Virus record (IMG/VR): IMGVR_UViG_3300032330_002145
Location: 1 to 64,000 of that record
Length of the DNA: 64,000 bases
DNA from: a virus
Lineage: Duplodnaviria; Caudoviricetes
Strand: one strand, 5' to 3'
Position 1 is the stretch's first letter. The number at the start of each line of letters is the position of its first letter. The translations under genes and the position numbers were made by a program. The notes beneath the pieces were generated by a model that searched no databases, was not told the origin of the DNA, and was given only the letters and a program-made list of their open reading frames with translations. Shown here piece by piece: positions 28,998 to 39,100 of the stretch.

Positions 28998-29202
28998 GGT
29001 CCTTTTCTGTTAAAATTCTTATTGATTTTGATATTACCTCAGCTTCGATTAATGAATATGCTCCAGCTCTATATGCGTGGGATACCGCTTCGAGTAATAG
29101 GTATTGTGCGTTTGGTTTATCTAATGATAGTAACATCACCTCAAATTGTTCAGGTGTGTGTAGGTTAATTGTTCCAAAAAGTTTTGCGAATGTATTTTCC
29201 AT
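28960..29202 (-). CDS. Hypothetical protein
   Basis: 80-aa ORF overlapping the mgsA start; ends-region EAEVISKSIRIL. Confidence 0.6.
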   Translation of the reverse strand: MENTFAKLFGTINLHTPEQFEVMLLSLDKPNAQYLLLEAVSHAYRAGAYSLIEAEVISKSIRILTEKDHAGQDKDSSDIS

Positions 29203-29242
29203 GAAATGAAATATTTATATAATAATAACTTATCCAAGTATA

Positions 29243-29959
29243 ATGATAAAGAATTTAGACAAGATAATCAAACGAGTTTTAAAAGAGGCGACGGGAACAA
29301 GTGGTGGAGGAAGAGGTTCGTATGTATTACCTGTTCAACCAGGTGTTAAACTCTTTGATAAATCACAACTTGCTCCATTCACAGATGAGGTGTCTAAGTA
29401 TATTGATGCTGAATTGGAATACGATAGTTATGACGGTACAATGAGTACTCCAAAAAAAGAAATTAAAAAATTGGAAGATAAGGCAGAAAAAATATCAAAA
29501 TATAAAAAGAAACATCCTATTCAAAACGATGATGATGGGGATAATATAAATCCTAAATTTAATAATAAAAAAATTAAAACAGATATTTCTAAACCTTTTA
29601 TTAGTGAAGATTTGGCGGTATGGTTTGGAACTAAAAAGAAACCAAAAGGAAGTAGTCAACCAAAAGGTCCTTGGGTTAATATTTGTCGTAAAGATGAAAA
29701 CGGTAAACATCCACCATGTGGAAGACCTGAAGCCTCTGACAAGGGATATCCTAAATGTCGTGCTGCGGGTGTTGCAAGCAAGATGTCTGATTCTGAAAAA
29801 CGTTCAGCGTGTCAACAAAAAAGAAAGGCTGAAAAAACACATTCTAAATCAGGTACAGGAAATGCTCCAAAAATGGTTTCTTATAAACCTAAAAAGAAAA
29901 ATGTTACTATTACCGAATCTCAACTTGAGATGATTGTCAACTTAATTAAGAATTCTTAA
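29243..29959 (+). CDS. Putative head protein with basic Cys-containing C-terminal domain
   Basis: Leader IIKRVLKEA; LAVWFG..GPWVNICR..HPPCGR..YPKCR..ACQQKRKAE. Confidence 0.6.
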   Translation: MIKNLDKIIKRVLKEATGTSGGGRGSYVLPVQPGVKLFDKSQLAPFTDEVSKYIDAELEYDSYDGTMSTPKKEIKKLEDKAEKISKYKKKHPIQNDDDGDNINPKFNNKKIKTDISKPFISEDLAVWFGTKKKPKGSSQPKGPWVNICRKDENGKHPPCGRPEASDKGYPKCRAAGVASKMSDSEKRSACQQKRKAEKTHSKSGTGNAPKMVSYKPKKKNVTITESQLEMIVNLIKNS

Positions 29960-30085
29960 TTATTTCATTTCACACTTTTTATCAGTTTTCTTACAACACT
30001 CTTTTTGTGTATTACAAGATGATACAAGAGCTGATAGAACAGCCAATGCTAACAAAACAATTAATTGGTATTTACGGATGTTCAT
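29960..30085 (-). CDS. Small lipoprotein (41 aa, not in ORF track)
   Basis: MNIRKYQLIVLLALAVLSALVSS-CNTQKECCKKTDKKCEMK: basic n-region, hydrophobic h-region, lipobox Cys; ATGA-coupled to the upstream gene. Confidence 0.7.
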   Translation of the reverse strand: MNIRKYQLIVLLALAVLSALVSSCNTQKECCKKTDKKCEMK

Positions 30086-30504
30086 GATAAAATTGTTGGT
30101 TGGTTAATCTTATTATAAATAGTGTCAAGTGAATGCTTGATATGAAACTCCAAATCGTTTTCCATTCTCATGGCTCTTGCTTCCATTTCCTTGAAGAAAT
30201 ATTTCTCGAGTTTAATCCACTGTTCGTTATTCAATTTAATGAAGTAACTGTATGTGTGGTTTGTGATTGTTACTTCTCCACCTTCCATAGTAATGAAGAT
30301 ACCGTGTTCTTCATTCTTGATGTAAATCTTATATGAAATTGGTGCGAATAGTAATTCAGAGTTTTGGTCATGAATTAATTTTCTACAGATATATGAACAC
30401 TGTTTTGCATTGAAACCATGTTTCTCTGTGTCATACGTGTTGCGACGATTTAACTTTCGTAAGTAAATCTTGTAACGTGCTACTAATCTTTTTATGAATC
30501 TCAT
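30082..30504 (-). CDS. Hypothetical protein under a host-type promoter
   Basis: 140-aa ORF; TATCTTTG at 30522-30529 on the minus strand. Confidence 0.65.
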   Translation of the reverse strand: MRFIKRLVARYKIYLRKLNRRNTYDTEKHGFNAKQCSYICRKLIHDQNSELLFAPISYKIYIKNEEHGIFITMEGGEVTITNHTYSYFIKLNNEQWIKLEKYFFKEMEARAMRMENDLEFHIKHSLDTIYNKINQPTILS

Positions 30505-30592
30505 TTATTCTTTATTTGTCACAAAGATATATAAAAAAAGAAATAGTATCAAAATTTTTTTTAAAAAAAAAGGACTTAAAGTCCTTTTAATA

Positions 30593-31048
30593 TTAACAGT
30601 AAGGTGGAGAACACCTTTTCTTACCATCTAAACCTTTCATTCTACCCTGACATACTTGAACGGCGAACCCATTTCCATAAGCTGAGGGCCAAACTTTAAA
30701 TTTTGCCTTAGCAGCTGACTTACCACGAGCACATAATTTTGTTCCCGCTTTTTTTCTTCCTTCCATCATGACCATATCTTTATCATCAACATCCATTGAT
30801 AATTCCATACCGTCTCTTTTGGTTTCATTCATTAAGAAATCAAATACTTGGTCAAGATTATTTTTAGATTCAGCAACGTGGTCTTGTGCCCAATCGTGTC
30901 CGTTATCCAAGATGGAATCAACCATGTCTCTTTCTAAATCCAATAGAAGGTCACATTGTCTTCTCATCTGTTCAAGGTTTGAAAAGAACATATATCTGTC
31001 TGATTGTTCTTTAAGAATTTTTTTAATTTTTAAATCTAAGTTGTTCAT
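30593..31048 (-). CDS. Putative head protein with basic C-terminal domain
   Basis: Leader KIKKILKEQ; KLCARGKSAAKAKFKVWPSAYGNGFAVQVCQG. Confidence 0.6.
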   Translation of the reverse strand: MNNLDLKIKKILKEQSDRYMFFSNLEQMRRQCDLLLDLERDMVDSILDNGHDWAQDHVAESKNNLDQVFDFLMNETKRDGMELSMDVDDKDMVMMEGRKKAGTKLCARGKSAAKAKFKVWPSAYGNGFAVQVCQGRMKGLDGKKRCSPPYC

Positions 31049-31053
31049 ATTTT

Positions 31054-33693
31054 TTAACTATTATATCCGTTATTACCTCCTAAGGCTATTGCGTCTTGTT
31101 GTATTACTGCTTGACCGTATAGGTTTGTCCAATAAGGGTGTTCAACACTTGTTGTTACTGTACCACCGCTACAATCTATGTCACATATAAATACTTCAGT
31201 TCCTGCACTTATTGGAATGTTGAATGGGTCGTATAACCAAAGTCTTGCTAAATAGTTAACATCATATCCTTGATACTGATTAAACCAACCTCCAACTAAA
31301 ACTTTATAATGGTCTTGTTGAAGTATATAGTTTACTTGACCATTAAATCCTCCCACAATATTCAAATCATCACTAATGCTTCCATCTGAGTTTAACATGT
31401 TAAAATTCACATAACCTGAGTCATAATAACCACCAATTAAAATTTTTCCTGTGTCAAGTATTTCAATTGCTTGTATATAACCCCAATCTATATTATTATC
31501 TTGGAATGTTGTGTCAACGGTTCCGTCAGTGTTAAATCTTATAATATGGTTATATGAATTACCTGAATATTCACTAAACCATCCAACACATAGGAATTTA
31601 CCATCAGGTTGTTGTATTATTCTTGAAACACGGTTATTAAATCCTGGGTCACCCATTGTAAAATCATTTGAACCGTCAGGGTTTAATCTGACAATTCTTT
31701 CTGCGGTATTACCATTATATACTGTAAACCATCCACCGACAACTATTTTACCATCGTCTTGTACTATTATAGAATAAACATTACCATTTTGGTTATTCTC
31801 AAAACCGGTACCAACATTAAAAGAAGTATCTACTGTACCGTCAGAATTTAATCTAATTAAACCTCTTGAAGCAACATTTCCTGTACCATCATTGTATCCA
31901 CTAAAATTTCCTCCTACTAATATCTTACCATCAGGTTGTAATGTAATTACACGAACTTGACCATTAAAAGTATTTCCTGTTGGGAAAGTACCATCTAATG
32001 TTCCGTCAGAGTTAAGTCTTGCCATGTATCTGGTTTGAATATTTGAATCCTGAGGGTCATAATATTGAAAAACACCACCCACCAATATTTTATCACCTTG
32101 TAATTCAATTGCTTGGACAACATCATCAAAAGTATAACCTGAAAAGAAAGTGTTATCTATTGTTCCATCAGGATTTAATCTCTTAATATAACCGGCATCT
32201 TCATTATTGTAATTTTCAAAACGACCTCCGATTAATATTTTTCCATCGGTTTGTTTTTTAATAATAAAAACCATATCATAAGGCCCATAATTTCCTTCAT
32301 TAAACGTTGTATCAAGTTGTCCTGCGTATGTTGGAAATGTATCAGGTGTATATAAGATTGTCCATCCTCTTGTATTTGTTAATAAGTTGATGAATGATAA
32401 TGCATTTTGAGATGGATTAAAATTTGGCTCTTGTTCTTGAATATCAAGAAATACATTAACCGCACCTGACAAATAACCTGCTTCTAATAAACTTGTAAAT
32501 ACTGAAGAACCAATTGAATTGTTATTTAAATAAATGCGTTCAACTGTTGAAAAATTAATATAATTATAAGAACTAATATTATTATTTGGTATATTATATT
32601 CTAAGATGTTGTTATTTGGTAAATTTAAATAATTTAAATTAGAATTGTTTATGTTAATATAATTTCCACTATAGTTAGAAACGTCAAATGTTTCTAATAA
32701 GGTACAATTATAAATGTAGAATGGAGTGGACGAAGGAATTAAATCACCAATAATAGATTTTAAACTATAATTATCATAAGTATTACTTTGATAATTTATA
32801 AGTAGGTTGCTAAATGTTAGTGATTCTAAATTATTATTAGATTGTATATAAAAATAATCAGCATCTAATCCACTAACCATTATTGATTTTAAATTATTAT
32901 TACTTTGACAAGTAAATTGATAGGTTTTAAAATTAGATATTAGTAAAGTTTCTAAGCCATTATTATTTGTTATATATAAACTAATTCCCCCCAAAGTATA
33001 TGTTAACCCGTTTAAATTTAAATTTTTAATTTTGTCATTATTATAAATCTGAATATTATTATAACTACTTGGTGGAGGTGTCCAAGGATTTGGAAATGTG
33101 CATCCTGACAAACTTAATAAATTGCTTAAATTCAAACCATATACTAAACTTAATGTTGATAAATCTAAATCTTTTATGTTTGGACTACTATACAAACTTA
33201 AACTTCTTAAATTAGTACATCCAGTTAAAATTAAAGTATTAAAATAACCTTGAAGACTAATACCAGTAATATTAGAATTGGATATTTCAAGGTCAGTCAT
33301 TAATCCTGTTAAACTCACACCATTTAACGAGGTTGATGTTGATAAATCAAATGAAGGGCTAAGATAAAGATTTGTGGTACTAGTACTTTCTAAAATAAGT
33401 AAATTAACACAATTATTAATTGTTAATCCTGTTAAAGTGTTACCAAAATTAACTATTCTTTTAACATTATTTGAAGTACATGTGATTTCAATAGTTGGAT
33501 TAAAAAAATAAAAAATACCATTGTTAGGTGTGAGAGTAACTGTATAGATGTTTGAACTTACATAAGTATGGTAAAACATACCTGAACCACTTGAAAGTGG
33601 TGAACCATCACCCCAATCAACCGTAGTTGAGTTATCAGAAAATACTTGTGTAGATAAACCTAATGATGTATCAACCTTAAAATATAGAGCCAT
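31054..33693 (-). CDS. Large surface/fibre-type protein: PKD-like, leucine-rich repeats, delta-60-type beta-propeller, shared C-terminal domain
   Basis: VDWGDG; LxxLxLxxxxxLxxL repeats; about six LD.TF..G....V..I..Q.DGKILVGG.F units. Confidence 0.75.
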   Translation of the reverse strand: MALYFKVDTSLGLSTQVFSDNSTTVDWGDGSPLSSGSGMFYHTYVSSNIYTVTLTPNNGIFYFFNPTIEITCTSNNVKRIVNFGNTLTGLTINNCVNLLILESTSTTNLYLSPSFDLSTSTSLNGVSLTGLMTDLEISNSNITGISLQGYFNTLILTGCTNLRSLSLYSSPNIKDLDLSTLSLVYGLNLSNLLSLSGCTFPNPWTPPPSSYNNIQIYNNDKIKNLNLNGLTYTLGGISLYITNNNGLETLLISNFKTYQFTCQSNNNLKSIMVSGLDADYFYIQSNNNLESLTFSNLLINYQSNTYDNYSLKSIIGDLIPSSTPFYIYNCTLLETFDVSNYSGNYININNSNLNYLNLPNNNILEYNIPNNNISSYNYINFSTVERIYLNNNSIGSSVFTSLLEAGYLSGAVNVFLDIQEQEPNFNPSQNALSFINLLTNTRGWTILYTPDTFPTYAGQLDTTFNEGNYGPYDMVFIIKKQTDGKILIGGRFENYNNEDAGYIKRLNPDGTIDNTFFSGYTFDDVVQAIELQGDKILVGGVFQYYDPQDSNIQTRYMARLNSDGTLDGTFPTGNTFNGQVRVITLQPDGKILVGGNFSGYNDGTGNVASRGLIRLNSDGTVDTSFNVGTGFENNQNGNVYSIIVQDDGKIVVGGWFTVYNGNTAERIVRLNPDGSNDFTMGDPGFNNRVSRIIQQPDGKFLCVGWFSEYSGNSYNHIIRFNTDGTVDTTFQDNNIDWGYIQAIEILDTGKILIGGYYDSGYVNFNMLNSDGSISDDLNIVGGFNGQVNYILQQDHYKVLVGGWFNQYQGYDVNYLARLWLYDPFNIPISAGTEVFICDIDCSGGTVTTSVEHPYWTNLYGQAVIQQDAIALGGNNGYNS

Positions 33694-33728
33694 TTCTTTG
33701 TTTTATAATAAATATTACGATAAATAAA

Positions 33729-36101
33729 TTATGCGTAATATCCATCGGTTCCACCCAATTGAATTGAGTCTAATAAAGAAATTGCTTTACCAAATTGGTC
33801 GGTCCAAGTAGCGTGATTAACTGTTGAGGTATAAGTTGTACCACTACAATCTTCAAAACAAACAATCGTTTCATTTCCAACTTCGATAGGTAATGAACAT
33901 AATGTACAGTTAAGATATCTATTACCAGGATTAACACGTAAATAGTTATTTTCTATTGGACATGACGTTAATAGTCTCCAACATGTTCCATCAATTAAAA
34001 TAACAGGTGTATAGTTATACGTATTAAATAATCCTGTCATTTCAATATATAATTCTAAATCAACATTAACATATTGTTGTTGTTTGTTATCACAAGTAAT
34101 AATTGATATTGCTATTGTGCTATTTTCTTGACATGTTGTACAGTCAACGTAAGGTACTGTATCAGGAGTATAGTAAAAATCTATATCTGTTGGTTCAACA
34201 CGACCTGTATCACCACTTAATCTGTAACATAGATAATCTGTATTACCGTAATGGGCTTTAACAATGTCACCTTCATAGAATGTACTTCCAGTTGTTGCAA
34301 TTTTTTCCCACTCTCCACCAATACATTCTTGACCCCACCATGTGTCAATGTTCGCTGATTGACAATCTTCACATGTCTCAAATGAGAAGAAACTGTATAA
34401 TGCACTTGTGCTATATCCTGAACCTGGTTGAATATCTATTACAGTTGTACAACCATAAATAGGATGAAATATTACAGTACCAAAAGGGACATAACTATAA
34501 GATTGGACATACCACCTTTGTTCTGGTGGACATGATTCTAACAAGTAAATAACACCATTACATTGAATACAATCTTGACATGTTGGTGATGGTTCGTAAT
34601 CTAAGAATTCATTGATGGTAACAGATTCTTCTGTTTCAGGACCCACTTGCCAACAACTATTGTTGAAGTTTAAGTTTGTAACATCTCCTTGTCCAAATAA
34701 TACTGAACCCCACACTACTTCTTCTGAACCGTCAAGACAGTTTATGATTTTTCTTTTAACTTGAGAGTTTGTTTGACACTCTGTACAATCATTAAATCCA
34801 CCTTGTGATATTAATGTTGCGGTTGCAAATGGTACATTACTAACTTCAATTACTTGACCACAGAATAAGTCAACTTCACCAAAAGGTATAAATGTAATAA
34901 TTTCACCATTATAAGTATCAATTATTGGAATATAATAATTTAATCCATCACAACCATAAACTAACCATATTGGTGTGTGTTCTGTTAAACAACTTGTACA
35001 ACCATCTGTAAATTTAGTGTCTCCGTAACTTGTTGATACTTCGTATGTTTGAACTTCTAAAGTTATAAGAAATGTTTCACTTAATTTGTAATAATCAGTT
35101 CTTACATCTTGAAAAATATAACATCCCTTATATATGTATTCTTTTCTGTCGGAAGTAAATACGATATTCAAGTAATAAACATTATTTTGAATTGGTACAA
35201 AATCAAATATTAACATTGGTACCCAAAACCCTTCTCCTGTGATACAATCTCTTAATAAGTACGCTCCTGTACTATAACCTTGCATACAAGAAAGACAACT
35301 ATCATATCCTGTATTTGCATTTATTCTAAATGCGGTACCTGATGTTCCTGAAAATGTTGATGAATAATTTAATGAAACAGGAGAACCAACACCACCTAAT
35401 GGTCTTACCAAACCACCATGAGGATTATATTGTATTACTAAGTCAACAATATTTTGATTACTGTTATGAAAAATATAACTATATACTAAATTTTCAGAAC
35501 CAAATGGTAATGTAAAATCATTTAAATAAGTACCTTGAAGTTGTATTACAAAATTTTGATTACTGTTTGTATAACCTGTATATATTGAATATATTAATGC
35601 GTCATTATCGTTATCAACATCACCATATTCCGATATAAAAATACCTTTTTGACCAAATTCAGGAGAAAGAGAGTTACCAGGATAATTTTGGTAAAAACAA
35701 CAACCATCATAATAACTATCAAAATTTAAAATACCATTTGATAAAACATATATTTGTGGAGTATTCTGTGTGAAAAAATAAAAATTACCAAAAGGATTTG
35801 GGAAATCCCATTCTATGTTATCAAACCCAATACTATTTTGGTCATATAATGTTAAATCACCTGTCGTTATTGATGAGTAAGGTATTGGAGTAACAGTACT
35901 ACCATTAATTTTATCATTAGTTCCGATACCAAAACTACCAAATTTACCTTCACCAGTGTATAATCCTAAAACGGTAACGCAAGGAACTGTAGAATCATCT
36001 GTAGCATAAACACCACCAATGGTTAATGGAATATCACTTCCAATTGTTCCTATTTGATTATTAAAACAACTTGTTCCACTATATATAAACGGGTATGCCA
36101 T
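33729..36101 (-). CDS. Cys-rich repeat protein with inserted passenger domain and shared C-terminal domain
   Basis: Repeated C...C...CxxC units; about 210-aa Cys-poor insert; C-terminus paralogous to both neighbours. Confidence 0.75.
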   Translation of the reverse strand: MAYPFIYSGTSCFNNQIGTIGSDIPLTIGGVYATDDSTVPCVTVLGLYTGEGKFGSFGIGTNDKINGSTVTPIPYSSITTGDLTLYDQNSIGFDNIEWDFPNPFGNFYFFTQNTPQIYVLSNGILNFDSYYDGCCFYQNYPGNSLSPEFGQKGIFISEYGDVDNDNDALIYSIYTGYTNSNQNFVIQLQGTYLNDFTLPFGSENLVYSYIFHNSNQNIVDLVIQYNPHGGLVRPLGGVGSPVSLNYSSTFSGTSGTAFRINANTGYDSCLSCMQGYSTGAYLLRDCITGEGFWVPMLIFDFVPIQNNVYYLNIVFTSDRKEYIYKGCYIFQDVRTDYYKLSETFLITLEVQTYEVSTSYGDTKFTDGCTSCLTEHTPIWLVYGCDGLNYYIPIIDTYNGEIITFIPFGEVDLFCGQVIEVSNVPFATATLISQGGFNDCTECQTNSQVKRKIINCLDGSEEVVWGSVLFGQGDVTNLNFNNSCWQVGPETEESVTINEFLDYEPSPTCQDCIQCNGVIYLLESCPPEQRWYVQSYSYVPFGTVIFHPIYGCTTVIDIQPGSGYSTSALYSFFSFETCEDCQSANIDTWWGQECIGGEWEKIATTGSTFYEGDIVKAHYGNTDYLCYRLSGDTGRVEPTDIDFYYTPDTVPYVDCTTCQENSTIAISIITCDNKQQQYVNVDLELYIEMTGLFNTYNYTPVILIDGTCWRLLTSCPIENNYLRVNPGNRYLNCTLCSLPIEVGNETIVCFEDCSGTTYTSTVNHATWTDQFGKAISLLDSIQLGGTDGYYA

Positions 36102-36125
36102 ATTTTTTATTTATAAATATATGTT

Positions 36126-39100
36126 TTATCCATTATATCCAGTTTGTCCTCCCAAACCAACAGCATTATTTTGTATAACGGCTTGACCGTATTGATTTGT
36201 CCAATAAGGATGGTTAACGGATACTGTGTATGTACCTCCTGAACAATTTTGTAAACAAAGTACGGTCTCAGAATTTGCTTCCAATGGGTCACCACAACTT
36301 TCACAGTTATAATAAATGTAAGTTGGATTAATTGGGTAATGGTCAGGACTAAATGGACATTCATTTAATACTCTATAACAAGTATCACCAAATAAGAAAA
36401 CAGGTCTTGGAATGGTGTCGTTATAACCAGTTAGGATAAACCATAATGATAAAGACACATTAACAAACATACTGTTTTGATTACCACAATCGATAATTGA
36501 TATCGATACACTAACCCCGTCAGAACAGTTTTCACAACTTGGTTTAACTACAGAATCTGCGAAATAGAAATCTCTATTTAGATTGATATACTGATATTCT
36601 GATTGTGGTATTTTATAATTTAACGTAAAACAAACAAAATCAGTTTCACCCCATTTAACATTTACTAAATCACCTGAGTTGTAAACTCCTGAGTTTGTTA
36701 CCACATATGAGAATTTATCTGTAACACAGTTATACGATTCCCACACATCAAACCCCACATTTGTACAATCTTCGCACGTCTCAAAAGTTTCAAAACTATA
36801 GAAATTATGTGAGGTAATACCTGATGATGGTAGGATGTCATATATTACACTACAACCATTTTTTGGATGGTAGAAGTATGAATTAAGAGATGCGTATTGA
36901 TAAGAATCAATTTCACCCAATCTATATACGTCACCAAATGTTACACTTACAATACTACCACCCCACTGTGTTGAGAAATAATATTCATTTGTCACTGAAT
37001 TATATTGAACAAATTGATAACTTCCATTAGGTATTGGAGTTTGTACTTGAGATAGTGTTAGATATACTGGGTCAAAAATATAAATTCCACCATTAGGAAC
37101 TATTAGTTTTCCAGAGATTGGGTCTTTTATAACATCATATTGTATGTTAGTATTAACATAAAATAATTGATTAATATTACAATCAATAAAACGACCATTT
37201 CCAAAAATTCTATTTGTTCCATTATCGTAGAACATTTTTTGAGAATAATTCATAGAACTATAATATGTACTTTCAATATTAAAAGTTGTTCTATTAATTA
37301 TATAATACCAACCAGAATAATAGTCCGAAACATATATTTTATCACTACTTGTGTTAAGTACAATACCTGATGGATAAGGTGATGGAAGATTAATTGGTGA
37401 AACCAAAGTCTCTGTGGTTAAATTTAAAACTAATACCCATGAAGATAAGAAATTTGTTAACCATATGTAATTTGTTATACTATCATAAAAATAAGAATGA
37501 AAAGTACCAGCATAAGGTGATGAATATATTAAAGTATTTACTCCCGTTGTTGTATTAAATTTCCATAAGTTATTACTATTACAATAATAAATAAATCCAT
37601 TTGATGGATGTAAAAAGAAAAAATTCTGAACTTGAAATACAACACCATAAACTGTTATGATTGTATTTGTAAGTACATTATATTTTACAATATTTGTATC
37701 ATTATTAATGGTAAACCAAATTATATTATTTGTTTGGTCAAATTGTAAAAATCTTGGACTACCATAACTAGTTTTAATAGATGTATTTATAATATCTAAT
37801 GATGGTGTACATGCGGACCAGAAGTAATGAACTCCATTACATTGAATACACTCCTGACATGATGGATAATTATCAAAATCCAAGAATTCATTAAGTGTTA
37901 CCTCTTGGTCAGTTTCAGGACCAACTTCATAACAACCTTCACCCGTTTGAATGTGTGTAATGTTACCTTCAGCAAATAACAAAGAACCCCACACTACTTC
38001 TTGGTTTCCGTTAAGACAGTTTGTTAATATTCTTTTCTTAGCCACAGCAGATAAACAATCCTCACACACAACGTTACCAAGTATGGTGATTAGTGATGAA
38101 TCTATAGGGTCAGATTCGGTAATACCTCTAATATATCCACAATATTGGTCAACCTCACCAATTGGTGTGTAAGTTACCAAACCGTCAACACCTGATGATG
38201 ACGGATAACCAACAACGTGTATATCTCCTGATACACAATCCTCAACTAAAAATCTTATCAAGTTGTTTGTGAAACATTCTGAACAATCAACATATGGTAA
38301 TGATATTGAATTAAATGACATAGACTCATCAGGTCGTTGAGGTTGTAAACCAATTACAGTAAAACAAGTTTGATGTAGTATTGGTTCTTTACCATATGTA
38401 AAATCTAAGAAATAGACTTCACCAAGTGTTGGTAAAAATCCTATGGAACTTAATGGAATAAAATATATTTCACCACTTAAACATTGTTGGAAAAATACTT
38501 GATAATTAGGGTCATCATTTAAATAACACTCATAACAAGAAGTTAATCCTGTTGTTGTAATTGTTCCTTCGGTATTTATTTCACTTGTCTCACCTGATAT
38601 TGTTACACAAGTTCCACGATTAGTTATTACAATGTCACCTGGTGTTAAAATATTTGTTTCATTATATCCGATAATAATTGTTTCTTGTGAAAAACATGTT
38701 GTTCCACTATATCTTGTAACATTTAAATCTTCTGAACACTCAATACAGTTATTATATAAATTTGAAGTTACAAGTGGATATGTATTATCAATTGGACATT
38801 GATTTAATAATAAATGACATTTTCCATCATATTGTAAAACTGGAGTTGCAGGATTACTATCGCCACCCGTTAATCTTAAGTAATCATATAATGACACTGT
38901 AATATAAGAAGCTGATGCATAATCACAGTCAATAATTGTTATACCTACGGTACTACCTGATGAACATTCTGCACAAGTATTGAACGGTGTTTGAGTTAGT
39001 GAGTAATAATAGTTAAGTGTATTTGGGAATACATTATCACTAGGACCAGTCCAAATAAATTGTAAAGTATAACAAGTAAATTCTGAACCGTTTCGTTGAA

